Shown piece after piece: positions 19,153 through 31,119 of a DNA stretch of 64,000 nucleotides (its first letter is position 1; every line of letters begins with the position of its first letter). Source of the DNA: Eledone cirrhosa (Eukaryota); assembly GCA_964016885.1 (NCBI GenBank), contig OZ024754.1, forward strand, positions 9,238,001 to 9,302,000, in the 5' to 3' direction. A model generated the notes under the pieces. The model was not told where the DNA came from and searched no databases. It saw nothing but the letters and a program-made list of their open reading frames with translations. The position numbers and the translations under genes were made by a program.

Positions 19153-19850
19153 CCACCACCACCATCACCACCGTATCACTACCACCACACCACTACCACC
19201 ACCACCACCACACCACTACCATCACCACCACCACCATTATGTCACAACCATCACACCACACCATATCAACATCACACCACAACAACCATCACGCCACATC
19301 ACACAACCATCATACCACCACACCACTACCACCCTTATGTCACAACCACCACCACTACCACCACCACTACTACTATAACCATCACACCACCAACAACATC
19401 ACACCACACCACAACCACCATCACATCACACCACCACCACATCACATCACACCACCACCACACCACCACCACCACACCACCATCACCACATCACACCACA
19501 CCACCACCACACCACCACCACCACACCACCATCACCACCACCATCAGTACCTCCATCCTCCACTCTTCAAAACATCGACCAATCACACAATAATGGATAT
19601 GACTAATAACATAGAATGGCAGATGTGAAGCTGTGGGGTCGATGGTGGGGGTGAGGGTGGGGGTGAAAAGTGGTGGAGGTGAGAGGTGGTGGTGGTGGGG
19701 GTGGTAGTGGTGGTGGGTAGCCGAAGGTGAGGGGGTAGTAGTAGCTGTAGGTGGGTTGTGGGTGGGTAGCTGAAGGTGAGGGGGGAGGTTAGTAGCTGAA
19801 GGCGGGTTGTGGGTGGGGTGGTGGGTAGCTGAGGGTCAGGGGTGGGGAAC
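19153..19850. repeat. Low-complexity CAC-rich tract followed by a GGT-rich tract
   Basis: (CAC/CAT)n at 19153-19560, then (GGT)-rich sequence at 19640-19850. Confidence 0.9.
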
Positions 19851-19974
19851 AAAAGAGAGTTGGATGTAGCCGGGTCCCACTAAAGCAGCCAGCCCTTAAT
19901 TTTATTATATATATATTTTTTCAGGGTTTCCTTTGGTTTTGCAGGTTCTATTCTCTACTTTTTTATCTGATCCC

Positions 19975-20610
19975 TTGTTGTTGTCGTTATGGTTGTGGTT
20001 GATGTTGTTGTTATGGTTGTTGTTGTTATTGTTGTTGTTGTTGTGGTGGTGGTTGTTGTTGTGGTGGTTTTGTTGCTAGTGGTGGTTGTTGTGGTGGTTT
20101 TGGTGCTAGTGGTGGTTGTTGTTGTGGTGGTTTTGGTGCTAGTGGTGGTTGTTGTTGTGGTGGTGGTTTTGGTGCTAGTGGTGGTTGTTGTTGTGGTGTG
20201 GTTTTGGTGCTAGTGGTGGTTGTTGTTGTGGTGGTGGTTTTGGTGCTTGTGGTGGTTGTTGTTGTGGTGTGGTTTTGGTGCTAGTGGTGGTTGTTGTTGT
20301 GGTGGTGGTTTTGGTGCTAGTGGTGGTGGTTTTGGTGCTAGTGGTGGTTGTTGTTGTGGTGGTGGTTTTGGTGCTAGTGGTGGTTGTTGTTGTGGTGGTG
20401 GTTTTGGTGCTAGTGGTGGTTGTTGTTGTGGTGGTGGTTTTGGTGCTAGTGGTGGTTGTTGTTGTTGTGGTGGTTTTGGTGCTAGTGGTTGTTGTTGTTG
20501 TTGTGGTGGTTTTGGTGCTAGTGGTGGTTGTTGTTGTGGTGGTGGTTTTGGTGCTAGTGGTTGTTGTTGTTGTGGTTGTTGTGCTTGTAGTTCTTATTGT
20601 TGTTGTTGTA
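19975..20610. repeat. GTT/GGT-derived minisatellite, ~36-bp unit GGTGGTGGTTTTGGTGCTAGTGGTGGTTGTTGTTGT
   Basis: Repeated TTTTGGTGCTAGT anchor; translates as repeated GGGFGASGGCCC. Confidence 0.93.
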
Positions 20611-20858
20611 GCTGCTGCTGCTGTCATAGTCAGGGGAATTATTGTCAATAAAGACCAGGATGTCATCTAAATACATTTGATAGATAAATTCACCTCCATG
20701 ATGAGAAGAAGAAATCAAATCAAATAAAATAATTTCTTTATCAACATCTCCATCCCCACCACGACCACCACTACCATCACCACCCCCACCATCACAATCA
20801 TCCTCATCCCCACCACCACCATCATCATCATCTCCATCACCACCACCACCACCACTGC

Positions 20859-20970
20859 AAGATCGGAGCATTGGTGGCCCTTCTGAGGAAGGAGCCCCAT
20901 GAGGTTGTGTGGCTGTTGCAGCAAGTATCACTGGCCATTGTCCTCGGGAATGCTTTAGCCCTAGAACCCA
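20859..20970 (+). mobile_element. Putative 3' fragment of a CRE-clade non-LTR retrotransposon (C-terminus of the restriction-like endonuclease)
   Basis: Translates KIGALVALLRKEPHEVVWLLQQVSLAIVLGNALAL, resembling the recalled CRE C-terminal motif WL.QR.S.A..RGNA. Confidence 0.55.
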
Positions 20971-21072
20971 CTGCTAGAGCCCAATCGCCCTCCCCCCCCC
21001 CCGTTCCATGACCCCAGAGCCCTTACCTTTTCCTCCCCTCTCTGTTTTGTTATATTTCCCCACCCCGTCATA

Positions 21073-21238
21073 TTGTTTCTACTTTTGGCACAAAGCCAGC
21101 AATTATTCCAGTGTATTACTGGTACTTTATTTTATCGACCCCCGTAAGGATGAAAGGCAAAGTTAACCTCGGCGGGATTGGAACTCAGACTGTAAAGGGG
21201 CGTAACTCTATGGTGCAAAGCATGGCGTCCGACCTTCT
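21073..21238 (-). mobile_element. SINE family B (Nin/Deu-like domain)
   Basis: Reverse complement of the GCCTTTCATCCTTACGGGGTCGATAAAATAAAGTACCAG core, B-box-like GAGTTCCAATCC and GGCTTTGTGCC tail. Confidence 0.85.
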
Positions 21239-22191
21239 TCCCCCATGTCATATTGTCACATGGAATGTCGATAACAAACTGACATATTTTTTTCCTGTTT
21301 TATTTCTTGGCAATTTTCTGTCTATCTGAATGTCCTTTGAATCCTTCCAGAAGATTCCTTACAGCCCACCTCCCCCTCCCCACCCACTGCCACCACTACC
21401 ACCATAACTCACACCCCACCGAAATCCTCAAACACCTTCAACACCATAAATTACCCCCCCCCCCCCCCACACCAAAACCACCATCATTCACCAACACCGC
21501 CATAATTTGCTCTCACAAAACCACCACAACCACCACCACCATTCATCATCACCACGAAGGCCACCATCACCACCATTCATCATCACCATAAATTACCCCC
21601 CCCCCCCACCAAAACCACCATCATTCACCACCACCACCACCATAATTTGCTCTCACAAAACCACCACCTTATTCCCCCCCCCCACTAACACCATAATTTA
21701 CCCCCACAAAATAACTACTACCATTCATGATCACCATAAATTATCCCCCCACCAAACCACCACTACCACCACCACCCCTACCACCAAACCACCAAACCAC
21801 CACCACCACCCCCGCCACCACACAGCAAGCAAAAGAACACAAAATTTACCAAAATGTTTAATCATAGCCACCTTCCCCTATCTCAGATCTTTCCACTCAA
21901 TACACACACATTTATATATACGTGTGTGGTGTGAAGTGTGTGGTGTGAGGTGTGTGTGTGGTGTGTGGTGTGAGGTGTGTGTGTGGTGTGTGTGGTGTGT
22001 GGTGTGGTGTGTGTGTGTGTGGTGTGTGGTGTGTGTGTGTGTGTTCCTAGCAGAAAAACCTGTGTTAAATGCTGATGACAATGATATATATAAATTGTGG
22101 TGGTGATGGTGGTGGTAGTGGTAAATTATGGTGGCGGTGATGGTGATGATCGTAAATTATGGTATTGTAACTTTTCCAAAGACACCATTAA

Positions 22192-22390
22192 CCCTTTAGC
22201 ATTTAAACTCGGCCATGATTCTCTCACCTCCTTCTGTTCAAACCAGCTGTAACCAGCTGCTCATACTGATATTAAGGTATTGTGCTCAAAATATATAATA
22301 TACAAATCTCATAGATTCCATATTATGTGAGGTAAAGTGTTTACTGTGAACATACAATAGTAAATATAGAGTAATGTAAATGTTAAAAGG
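22192..22390 (+). mobile_element. Complete piggyBac-like MITE (~199 bp)
   Basis: TTAA at 22188-22191 and 22391-22394. Imperfect TIRs CCCTTTAGCATTTA / TAAATGTTAAAAGG. Confidence 0.85.
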
Positions 22391-22571
22391 TTAAAAAATA
22401 GAAGTTAAAATCAATTCTAAGCCTGGAAATTCATCAGGTCAGTGCTTTTTCCAGTCTCCTCAGCAATAAGTCTCTTAGAGTACACAAATTCCCCCACCAG
22501 TCCATTGTAAGGTTAACCAACATCAACTGCTGGTACTGATTTCTAGCTGTGTGTACTGGAGCATTGTGAAA

Positions 22572-22658
22572 TTAACCCTATAGCATTTACATTACTCTAT
22601 ATATACTATTGTGTTTTTATGGTAAAGGCTTTATCTTACATAATTATCTCACAAAATA
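22572..22658 (-). mobile_element. Partial piggyBac-like MITE (right end)
   Basis: TTAACCCTATAGCATTTACATTACTCTATATATACTATTGTG..., the reverse complement of the right end of 22192-22390. Confidence 0.75.
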
Positions 22659-22744
22659 TCGGGGGGGGGGGGGGGGGGGTTAATGTGCTCTGATGTTGAG
22701 TTTGAATAGTTTTTAGGATTCCCCAATTCACCAGCCAGTACATT

Positions 22745-23348
22745 AAAGAAAATTGATAGTTACAACAATAAAGGCTGAACAGAGAACAAATCTTTTAACA
22801 AACTTTACAATAATTTGTACAACCATAATGGAAAATCCAAGTAACAGAAAATACATAAATTACATTGTTAGAGCCTCAGAGTATACAATATCTTTTGTTC
22901 GGCCCTCGGGAGCAAAGATGAAGAGATTGTTTGGCGAACTCACCCTAGAGCATCCTACATACAATTGACCATGGGAGAAGCATCGTTTTCCCAGATGAAG
23001 GCAGATATTATAAGCATGTGATGTTATAGCTATGTATCTAATGCAGACAATCAGACATACAGAGACATATTATAAGGGCGCGACGTTATAGCTATGTATC
23101 TATCTAAAAAGACAGACTAAGAAAGAGACTGTCGTATAACCGGAAGTGGTGACATTTGAAAATTTTAAAGAAGTGAATATTTAAATAAACGATAAAATAT
23201 CTTTAATCTTTTAACGAAATTTAGAAGACAACCCTCACTTTCTTACTTGGAAAAAGTTACATCTATGGTGCAAATTTGGTGTTGTTTGGTCCAGCCATTT
23301 GGCGAAAAGTTTGTTACATACATACGGCCGTCAGCTTTGTAATATAGA
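22745..23348 (-). mobile_element. Internally deleted Helitron
   Basis: 5' end A|TCTATATTACAAAGCTG..GTATGTATGT..GGCTGGACC..CCAAATTTGCAC is joined to the helicase C-terminus. No CTRR 3' end seen, so the left boundary is approximate. Confidence 0.7.
22860..23002 (-). pseudogene. Helitron RepHel PIF1-like helicase C-terminal fragment
   Basis: Minus strand reads LHLGKRCFSHGQLYVGCSRVSSPNNLFIFAPEGRTKDIVYSEALTM*, containing the FSHGQLYV..SRV and T.NIVY motifs. Too short for the ORF track. Confidence 0.9.
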
Positions 23349-23349
23349 T

Positions 23350-23484
23350 AGTGCTTTTGTGGTGAAGGCTTTATCTTACATAATATCTCACATAATATCT
23401 CACAGAACATTTACATTACTCTATATATACTATTGTGCTTTTGTGGTAAAGGCTTTATCTCACATAATATCTCACATAACATTT
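23350..23484 (-). mobile_element. piggyBac-like MITE subterminal sequence (about 2 tandem units)
   Basis: Same unit as the arrays at 26578-28245. Confidence 0.75.
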
Positions 23485-24012
23485 CGATAAACTAAAGTAC
23501 CAGTAATGCACTGGGTAATTTGCTTGCCTTGTTCCAAAGGTATAAACAATTATAATAATAAGTTCAACACCCTAACCACAAGGACATGCATCCATCTAGT
23601 AACAACAACATTTCTAGAACTTGCCTTTCAAAGCAAAGTTTGGATCGAACAGACGGATATTTGCACATGTAACATGTAACTAACTAAATATGGACTTGCA
23701 GTTCATATACTAATATAAAAATCTATATCCACATACTGAGCTATAATTTAGTTAGCAACTACAACAATGTGCCATAGTTGAATTCTTTATTGACTTCAAC
23801 ATAAAATCAATGAGAGCAATTCACAGCGTTGTTGTGACAGACATGCTGGGTTTACCATCTTTAAGGGTTTTACTTGATCATTTCTACACTAGAACTTATT
23901 TCAGTCTTATATTTGTTATATTGGTCGTTATTTATTGAATCACTAAGTAATGTTTTAGACATAAACTAGTGTAGTTCATCGCATTAGTCGACACTAGTAG
24001 ACATTAATGTAG

Positions 24013-24043
<31 letters not shown>

Positions 24044-24044
<1 letters not shown>

Positions 24045-24393
24045 CATCATCATTTCATCATCATTTCATTTTACGTCCGTTTTTCCCTGCTTGCAAGGGT
24101 GGGACGGGAACTGATTCTGGCTTGATTTCTACAGCTGGATGCCCTTCCTAACACGAACCTCATTTACAGTGAGTGCTGGGTGCTTTTTTGCCGTGGCACC
24201 TGTACGACCACTTTGCAGTGGAATGATAGGGACCCCAGTCCCTATCATCTTATTTCTACAGCTGAGTAAACTGGAGCAATGTGAAATAAAGTGTCTTGCT
24301 CAAGGAAACAACACATCACCCGGTCTGAGATTTGAACTCACAACCTTTCGATTGCAAGGCTAATGCTCTAACCACTAAGCCATGTGCCTCCAT
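24044..24393 (-). mobile_element. SINE family A (tRNA head, CORE-like body, RTE-derived tail, (GAT)n)
   Basis: A-box TGGCTTAGTGG, B-box GAGTTCAAATC, CCTTGAGCAAGACACT body, tail ..GGACGTAAAATGA. Near-identical to about 10 other copies. Confidence 0.93.
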
Positions 24394-24399
24394 CTATAT

Positions 24400-24403
24400 G
24401 CCT

Positions 24404-24442
<39 letters not shown>

Positions 24443-25265
24443 TGTACATACACACACACACATGCATACTTACATACACATGCATGCATACATACACACA
24501 TTCATACTTACATACACATGCGTACATACATACATGCGTACTTACATATGCATAAATACATAAATACATACACACATGCGTACTTACATACATACATGCG
24601 TACTTACATTCACATGCATACATACACACATGCATACTTACATACACATACATGCATACATACACACATGCATACTTACATACACATGCATACATACATA
24701 CACACATGCGTACTTACATATGCATAAATACATACATACACACATGCGTACTTACATACACATAACTAGATACATACACACATGCGGAGTTACATACACA
24801 AATACAAACATACATACACATATGCATAAATACATACACACACATGAATATTTACATACACACAAATGCGTAATTACATACACATAAATACATACATAGA
24901 CACACATGCGTACTTACATACACATCAATACATACATACACACACATGCATACTTACAAACACATCAATACATACATACACACACATGAGTACTTACATA
25001 TGCATAAATACATACTTACATACACATACACACACATAAATTCACATACATACACACATCCATACATACATACATTCATACATACATACATACTCATACA
25101 CACCCATAAGTACATACATACACATACACACACCCACACATACACACCCATAAATACATACACATACATACCCCCCCCCCCCCCCCACATACATACGCAT
25201 ACACCCACCCACACCCACACACATACATACACATACACACACACCCATATACATACCCCCCCCAC
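24400..25265. repeat. Compound CA/TA/CATA microsatellite
   Basis: Read directly. Confidence 0.93.
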
Positions 25266-25370
25266 TAATTAATCCAGTGATTATGACAGCCAAACTGTCT
25301 TCTTGCTCATTGCATAATCCCACCTAATTTAGTTATTAGTGACATAAAAATATACCCCCAGACTAAGCTG

Positions 25371-25662
25371 GGACCAGTTCTCAAAGTTGACAATTATAGG
25401 GTCAAAGAAGCAATCAGGGAGATGAAGACTGGGAAAAACTGTTAGACCATCAGAAATATTCAGTGAGACGCTGAACTAATCCAGTGAAGTAGGATCTGTG
25501 TGAGTTATCCATAGAGTCTCAATCAAGAATGATATGGTCTTGTCATACCTAATGATTAGCATGGCAGTATGTTGATTAGTTGTTACAAAGGAACAGATGA
25601 TACTCTTAGAAAGCAGCTATTACAGAGGCAAGGAAAATGTTCCATCAAGTGTTGAAAGTGAA
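25371..25662 (+). pseudogene. Degenerate RTE LINE ORF2 fragment (region at the start of the RT)
   Basis: Across frameshifts: VKEAIREMKTGK..PSEIFSETL..IPND*HGSMLISCYKG..YYRG..HQVLKV, matching the RTE MK.GKA.GP..IP.DW..YKGKGD..NYRG pattern. Confidence 0.75.
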
Positions 25663-25700
25663 AGATAAACTTTAACCTTTTAGCATTTACATTACTTTAT

Positions 25701-25928
25701 ATCATCATCATCATCATTTCATTTTACGTCCACTTTTCCCTGCTTGCAAGGGTGGGACGGGAACTGATTCTGGCTTGATTTCTACAGCTGGATGTCCTTC
25801 CTAACACCAACCTCATTTACAGTGAGTGCTGGGTGCTTTTTTTTTGCCGTGGCACCTCCACGACCACTTTGCAGTGGAATGATAGGGATCCCAGTCCCTA
25901 TCATCTCATTTCTACAGCTGAGTAAACT
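25701..25928 (-). mobile_element. 5'-truncated SINE family A inserted in a MITE end
   Basis: Tail and body present. Flanks rejoin as AACCTTTTAGCATTTACATTACT..ACTATTATATTTTCATGG (MITE sequence). Confidence 0.9.
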
Positions 25929-25950
25929 ACTATTATATTTTCATGGTGAT

Positions 25951-26135
25951 GAAGGGCGGTGAATTGGCAGTATCGGTGGAGGGTCGGACATGCTTTTCAG
26001 CATAGTTACGTCCCTTTACGATCTCAGTTCAAATCCCGCCGAGGTTGACTTTGCCTTTCATCCTTACGGAGTCGATAAAATAAAGTACCAGTAATGTACT
26101 GGATAATTGCTGGCCTTGTGCCTAAAATAGAAACA
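25951..26135 (+). mobile_element. SINE family B with 19-bp TSD
   Basis: ATTATATTTTCATGGTGAT at 25932-25950 and 26136-26154; Nin/Deu-like core. Confidence 0.92.
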
Positions 26136-26151
26136 ATTATATTTTCATGGT

Positions 26152-26325
26152 GATTGGCAGTATGGCAGTATCAGTAGAGGGTCGGACGCCATGCTTTGTA
26201 GAATAGTTATGACTCTTTATGGTCTGAGTTCAAATCCCGCTGAGGTTAACTTTGCCTTTCATCCTTACTGGGTCAATAAAATAAAGTACCAGTAATGACT
26301 GGGTAATTGCTGGCCTTGTGCCATA
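26152..26325 (+). mobile_element. SINE family B
   Basis: Same core and tail as the adjacent copy. Confidence 0.88.
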
Positions 26326-26438
26326 AAACCTGCGACTTCGTTTCCATCCAATGATGTAGACCAGTTATTCTTTTGGGCCAAATACATTCAATGTTCAGAG
26401 AGTGGTATTGGCTCCGTTCAAAGCCTTTCCTCACTTAA

Positions 26439-27013
26439 CCCTTTAGCATTTAAACCGGCTATATCCGGCCAGAATGCTCTCACCTCTTTCTGTCCAAACT
26501 AGCTGTAAACGGCCACTCATACTTATGTTAAGGTATTGTTCTCAAAATAAATAATAACAAAATTTGGTAGATTCGATATTATGTGAGATATTATGCGAGG
26601 TAAAGCCTTTACCATGAAAATACAATAGTATATATAGAGTAAAGTAAATGTTATGTGAGATATTATGTGAGGTAAAGTCTTTACCATTAAAATACAATAG
26701 TATATATAGAGTAATGTAAATGTTATGTGAGATATTATGTGAGGTAAAGTCTTTACCATTAAAATACAATAGTATATATAGAGTAAAGTAAATGTTATGT
26801 GAGATATTATGTGAGGTAAAGTCTTTACCATTAAAATACAATAGTATATATAGAGTAAAGTAAATGTTATGTGAGATATTATGTGAGGTAAAGTCTTTAC
26901 CATTAAAATACAATAGTATATATAGAGTAAAGTAAATGTTATGTGAGATATTATGTGAGGTAAAGTCTTTACCATTAAAATACAATAGTATATATAGAGT
27001 AATGTAAATGTTA
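26439..27013 (+). mobile_element. piggyBac-like MITE whose right subterminal 72 bp is amplified about 6 times
   Basis: TTAA+CCCTTTAGCATTTA left end; body matches 22192-22390; then a 72-bp tandem unit (24-aa period in the ORF track). Confidence 0.88.
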
Positions 27014-27143
27014 TGATACTTAAGTATGAGCATCATGAACGTGGCTTTTTAGTCCTGCTAGGGACTTACCTATGGCCGGCAATGCCAGGCATCGCCAAAA
27101 AATGTCACATATCAAGCAATGCCTGTGCTGGAAGCTTTTTTAA

Positions 27144-28245
27144 CCCTTTAGCATTTACATTACTCTATATATACTATTGTATTTTAATGGTAAAGACTTT
27201 ACCTCACATAACATTTACATTACTCTATATATACTATTGTATTTTAATGGTAAAGACTTTACATCACATAACATTTACATTACTCTATATATACTATTGT
27301 ATTTTAATGGTAAAGACTTTACCTCACATAACATTTACATTACTCTATATATAGTATTGTATTTTAATGGTAAAGACTTTACCTCACATAACATTTACAT
27401 TACTCTATATATACTATTGTATTTTAATGGTAAAGACTTTACATCACATAACATTTACATTACTCTATATATACTATTGTATTTTAATGGTAAAGACTTT
27501 ACCTCACATAACATTTACATTACTCTATATATACTATTGTATTTTAATGGTAAAGACTTTACATCACATAACATTTACATTACTCTATATATACTATTGT
27601 ATTTTAATGGTAAAGACTTTACCTCACATAACATTTACATTACTCTATATATACTATTGTATTTTAATGGTAAAGACTTTACATCACATAACATTTACAT
27701 TACTCTATATATACTATTGTATTTTAATGGTAAAGACTTTACCTCACATAACATTTACATTACTCTATATATACTATTGTATTTTAATGGTAAAGACTTT
27801 ACATCACATAACATTTACATTACTCTATATATACTATTGTATTTTAATGGTAAAGACTTTACATCACATAACATTTACATTACTCTATATATACTATTGT
27901 ATTTTAATGGTAAAGACTTTACATCACATAACATTTACATTACTCTATATATACTATTGTATTTTAATGGTAAAGACTTTACCTCACATAACATTTACAT
28001 TACTCTATATATACTATTGTATTTTAATGGTAAAGACTTTACATCACATAACATTTACATTACTCTATATATACTATTGTATTTTAATGGTAAAGACTTT
28101 ACCTCACATAACATTTACATTACTCTATATATACTATTGTATTTTAATGGTAAAGACTTTACATCACATAATATCTCACATAACATTCACATTACTCTAT
28201 ATATACTATTATATTTTCATGGTAAAGACTTTACTTCACATAATA
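27144..28245 (-). repeat. 60-bp minisatellite (~18 copies) derived from the right end of an oppositely oriented MITE
   Basis: Starts TTAA+CCCTTTAGCATTTAC. Successive 60-bp lines 27181-28140 are near-identical, with a C/A variant (ACCTC/ACATC). Confidence 0.97.
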
Positions 28246-28311
28246 TTTGCAGCCATCATCATGTATGTATGTAAGTAGGTGTGTGTATGTATGTATGTAT
28301 GAATGTATGTA

Positions 28312-28743
28312 TGGAGAAAGACTGTATATGAGGGAAAAGTTGCCTTTGAGGCATCTCGAATCGCATACGAGAAAGTAAAGCGGGATGTGAGGAAGGGCAT
28401 TGCTGTTGCACTTCCAGACAGCGAGGGTCCTCCTATGGTGCTGACATGCAGCGTCTGTGCGAGACTCTGCCTAAGCAAAGCTGGACTCGAAAGTCATCTT
28501 CGCAGTCATAAAGTGAGACCAATGGTTGACTACCAGGCTGCTGTTGGAGATGCTACTCATCATGCTTGCCAAGCATGTGGTAGAGAATGTAAATCAGCAG
28601 GAGGGCTCAAGCGACATGCAAAAGTACACAAACTCCAACCACAGCCGGCTATTCCCAGTGAATGTTTTGGTTGCCGACTCTGTGCAAGACATTTTAGATC
28701 ATTGGCTGGGCTAAAAAGCCACATTCGATCGCAGCGCTGTTAG
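28312..28743 (+). mobile_element. 3' end of an RTE/BovB-like LINE ORF2 with three tandem C2H2-type zinc fingers (open frame)
   Basis: WRKTVYEG..FEASR..KR..RK followed by CSVC..HLRSH, CQAC..HAKVH and CRLC..HIRSQRC. The 5' end starts abruptly after (TATG)n. Confidence 0.8.
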
Positions 28744-28883
28744 TTGCTATCGTGTGTGTGCGTGTGTGTGTATAGATATGTTTATGTGTGTGCGTGTGTG
28801 TGTATAGATATGTTTATGTGTGTGCGTGTGTGTGTATATATATGTATATGTATATTATTATTGTTGTTATTATTATTATTATA

Positions 28884-29080
28884 GGGCGGTGGATTGGTAG
28901 TATCGGTAGAGGGTCGGACGCCATGCTTTCCAGCATAGTTACGTCCCTTTACGATCTGAGTTCAAATCCCACCGAGGTTGACTTTGCCTTTCATCCTTAC
29001 GGGGTCGATAAAATAAAGTACCAGTAATGTACTGGGTAATTGCTGGCCTTGTGCCTAACGTAGGAACAATTATTATTATT
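28884..29080 (+). mobile_element. SINE family B
   Basis: Full head, Nin/Deu-like core and (ATT)n tail. Confidence 0.92.
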
Positions 29081-29269
29081 ATTATTGTTATTAATATGTG
29101 TATATATATGTATGTGTATGTATATGTATATATCTATGTATGTATCTGTGTGTGTATATATATATATATATATATTTTTTTATAAAATTATTTTTTAAAT
29201 TAATTTATTAATTTATTATTATTTTTTTTCTCGTGCAATGGCCATACTCGATAACAAGGGGGGCAGCCA

Positions 29270-29876
29270 TCATGTATATATGTACGTAAGCAGTTGTGTG
29301 TATGTATGTGTGAATGTATGAATGTATGTGTGAATGTATATATGTATGTATGTATGTATGTAAGTATGTGTGTGTATGTATGTGTGAATGTATGAATGTA
29401 TGTATGTGTGAATGTATGTATGTATGTAAGTATGTGTGTGTATGTATGTATGAATGTATGTATATATGTATGTATGCATATATATGTGTATGTATATATG
29501 TATGAATGTATGTATATATGTAAGTATGTGTGTGTATGTATATATGTGTGTATGTATGTATATATGTAAGTATGTGTGTGTATGTATATATGTATGTATA
29601 TATATGTATGTACATATGTATGTATGTGTGTATGTATGTATATATATAAATATGTGTGTGTATGTATATATGTATGTATATATGTATGTATATATGTATG
29701 TGTGTATGTATATATATATATATATATGTAAGTATGTGTATGTATGTATATATGTATGTACATATGTATGCATATATGTGTGTATGTATATATGTGTGTA
29801 CGTATATGTGTATGTGTGTATGTATGCATGCATGTATGTATATGTGTGTATGTACGTACCTGTATATGTATGTATG

Positions 29877-29925
<49 letters not shown>

Positions 29926-29970
29926 ATATATGTGTATGTATATATGTATATATGTGTATATATATATGCG
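29270..29970. repeat. Compound TATG/TA microsatellite
   Basis: Read directly. Confidence 0.93.
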
Positions 29971-30379
29971 TCTGTGTCTATCCATGTACTTGTGTGGTAT
30001 TTCATTACGTTGGGGGTATGTGACTGCGTGTTTTATGGTTGGTTTATTCCTGAAAGATTCTGTGCTACCAGAGATCACCAGACCTTAGCTTACCTAATTT
30101 CATTTTTGCCATTTCCTCTTAAGGTATTATCTTTATTCCATTTTATTCCATCCATTTCTATCACCCCCACAACCCTGCCCCTCTCTACCATTTCTCCACC
30201 ATTCCATTAGAGTGTCACAGCTTTAACTCTCCATCACTCCCTTGGTCAACTTCCTCATCTCCTCTTGGTAGACTAATAATACTAAAAACAACACATACAA
30301 CAACTACAACAACAAGATGCATCAATATGTTGTTGACAACTACAACACCAACAATAAAAGCAATAATAGAAACAATAAA

Positions 30380-30437
30380 CAGTATATATATATATATATA
30401 TATATATATACTGTTTATTGTTAATATATATATATAA

Positions 30438-30468
<31 letters not shown>

Positions 30469-30469
30469 A

Positions 30470-30502
<33 letters not shown>

Positions 30503-30525
30503 AACACACACACATATATATATAA

Positions 30526-30560
<35 letters not shown>

Positions 30561-30652
30561 CTATTTATTGTTAATATATATATATAAACACACACATATA
30601 TATATATATATATATAATATATATACTGTTTATTGTTAATATATATATATAA

Positions 30653-30706
<54 letters not shown>

Positions 30707-30760
30707 TACTGTTTATTGTTAATATATATATATAAACACACACATATATATATATATATA
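30380..30760. repeat. Microsatellite-rich tandem units (CTGTTTATTGTTAA(TA)nAA(CA)n(TA)n)
   Basis: The anchor TTTATTGTTAAT recurs 4 times. Confidence 0.85.
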
Positions 30761-30838
30761 TAGGGTGTCACAAAAATATATAAACACTTCAACACCATTC
30801 TAATATATATATGTGTAAAGATTTTTTTGGACACCCTG
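30761..30838. mobile_element. Tiny Tc1/mariner-like MITE
   Basis: Imperfect TIRs (T/C)AGGGTGTC.AAAAA / TTTTTTGGACACCCTG, embedded in TA repeats. Confidence 0.65.
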
Positions 30839-31119
30839 CATGTATATATATATATATTTATATATATATATATACACACACACATACATATATACATATA
30901 TGTATATGCATATATATATATATATATACATATACAGACATCCATACACGTATATATATATATATATACACACACATACATATATACATATGCGTATATG
31001 CATACACACACACACATATATATATATATATGTGTATATGTGTATATGTGTGTATCAAAACTAATACCAGAAGCACTATCAATAGAAACAACATAAACAA
31101 CAACAATAAAAGGATTACA

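Noticed and set aside
20185-20670. Gly/Cys-rich keratin-associated-like ORF (GGGFGASGGCCC)n
   Set aside because: 36-bp GGT/GTT minisatellite open in several frames; no exon evidence.
24139-24363. Recurrent 74-79 aa [20 protein letters not shown]..
   Set aside because: Antisense translation of SINE A; it recurs only because the SINE does.
26326-26432. Unique-looking spacer with an open minus frame (VRKGFERSQYHSL..)
   Set aside because: Too short, no splice support, and only vague LINE similarity.
27177-28278. 365-aa and 303-aa repetitive ORFs
   Set aside because: Artefact of a 60-bp MITE-derived unit that happens to lack stops in two frames.
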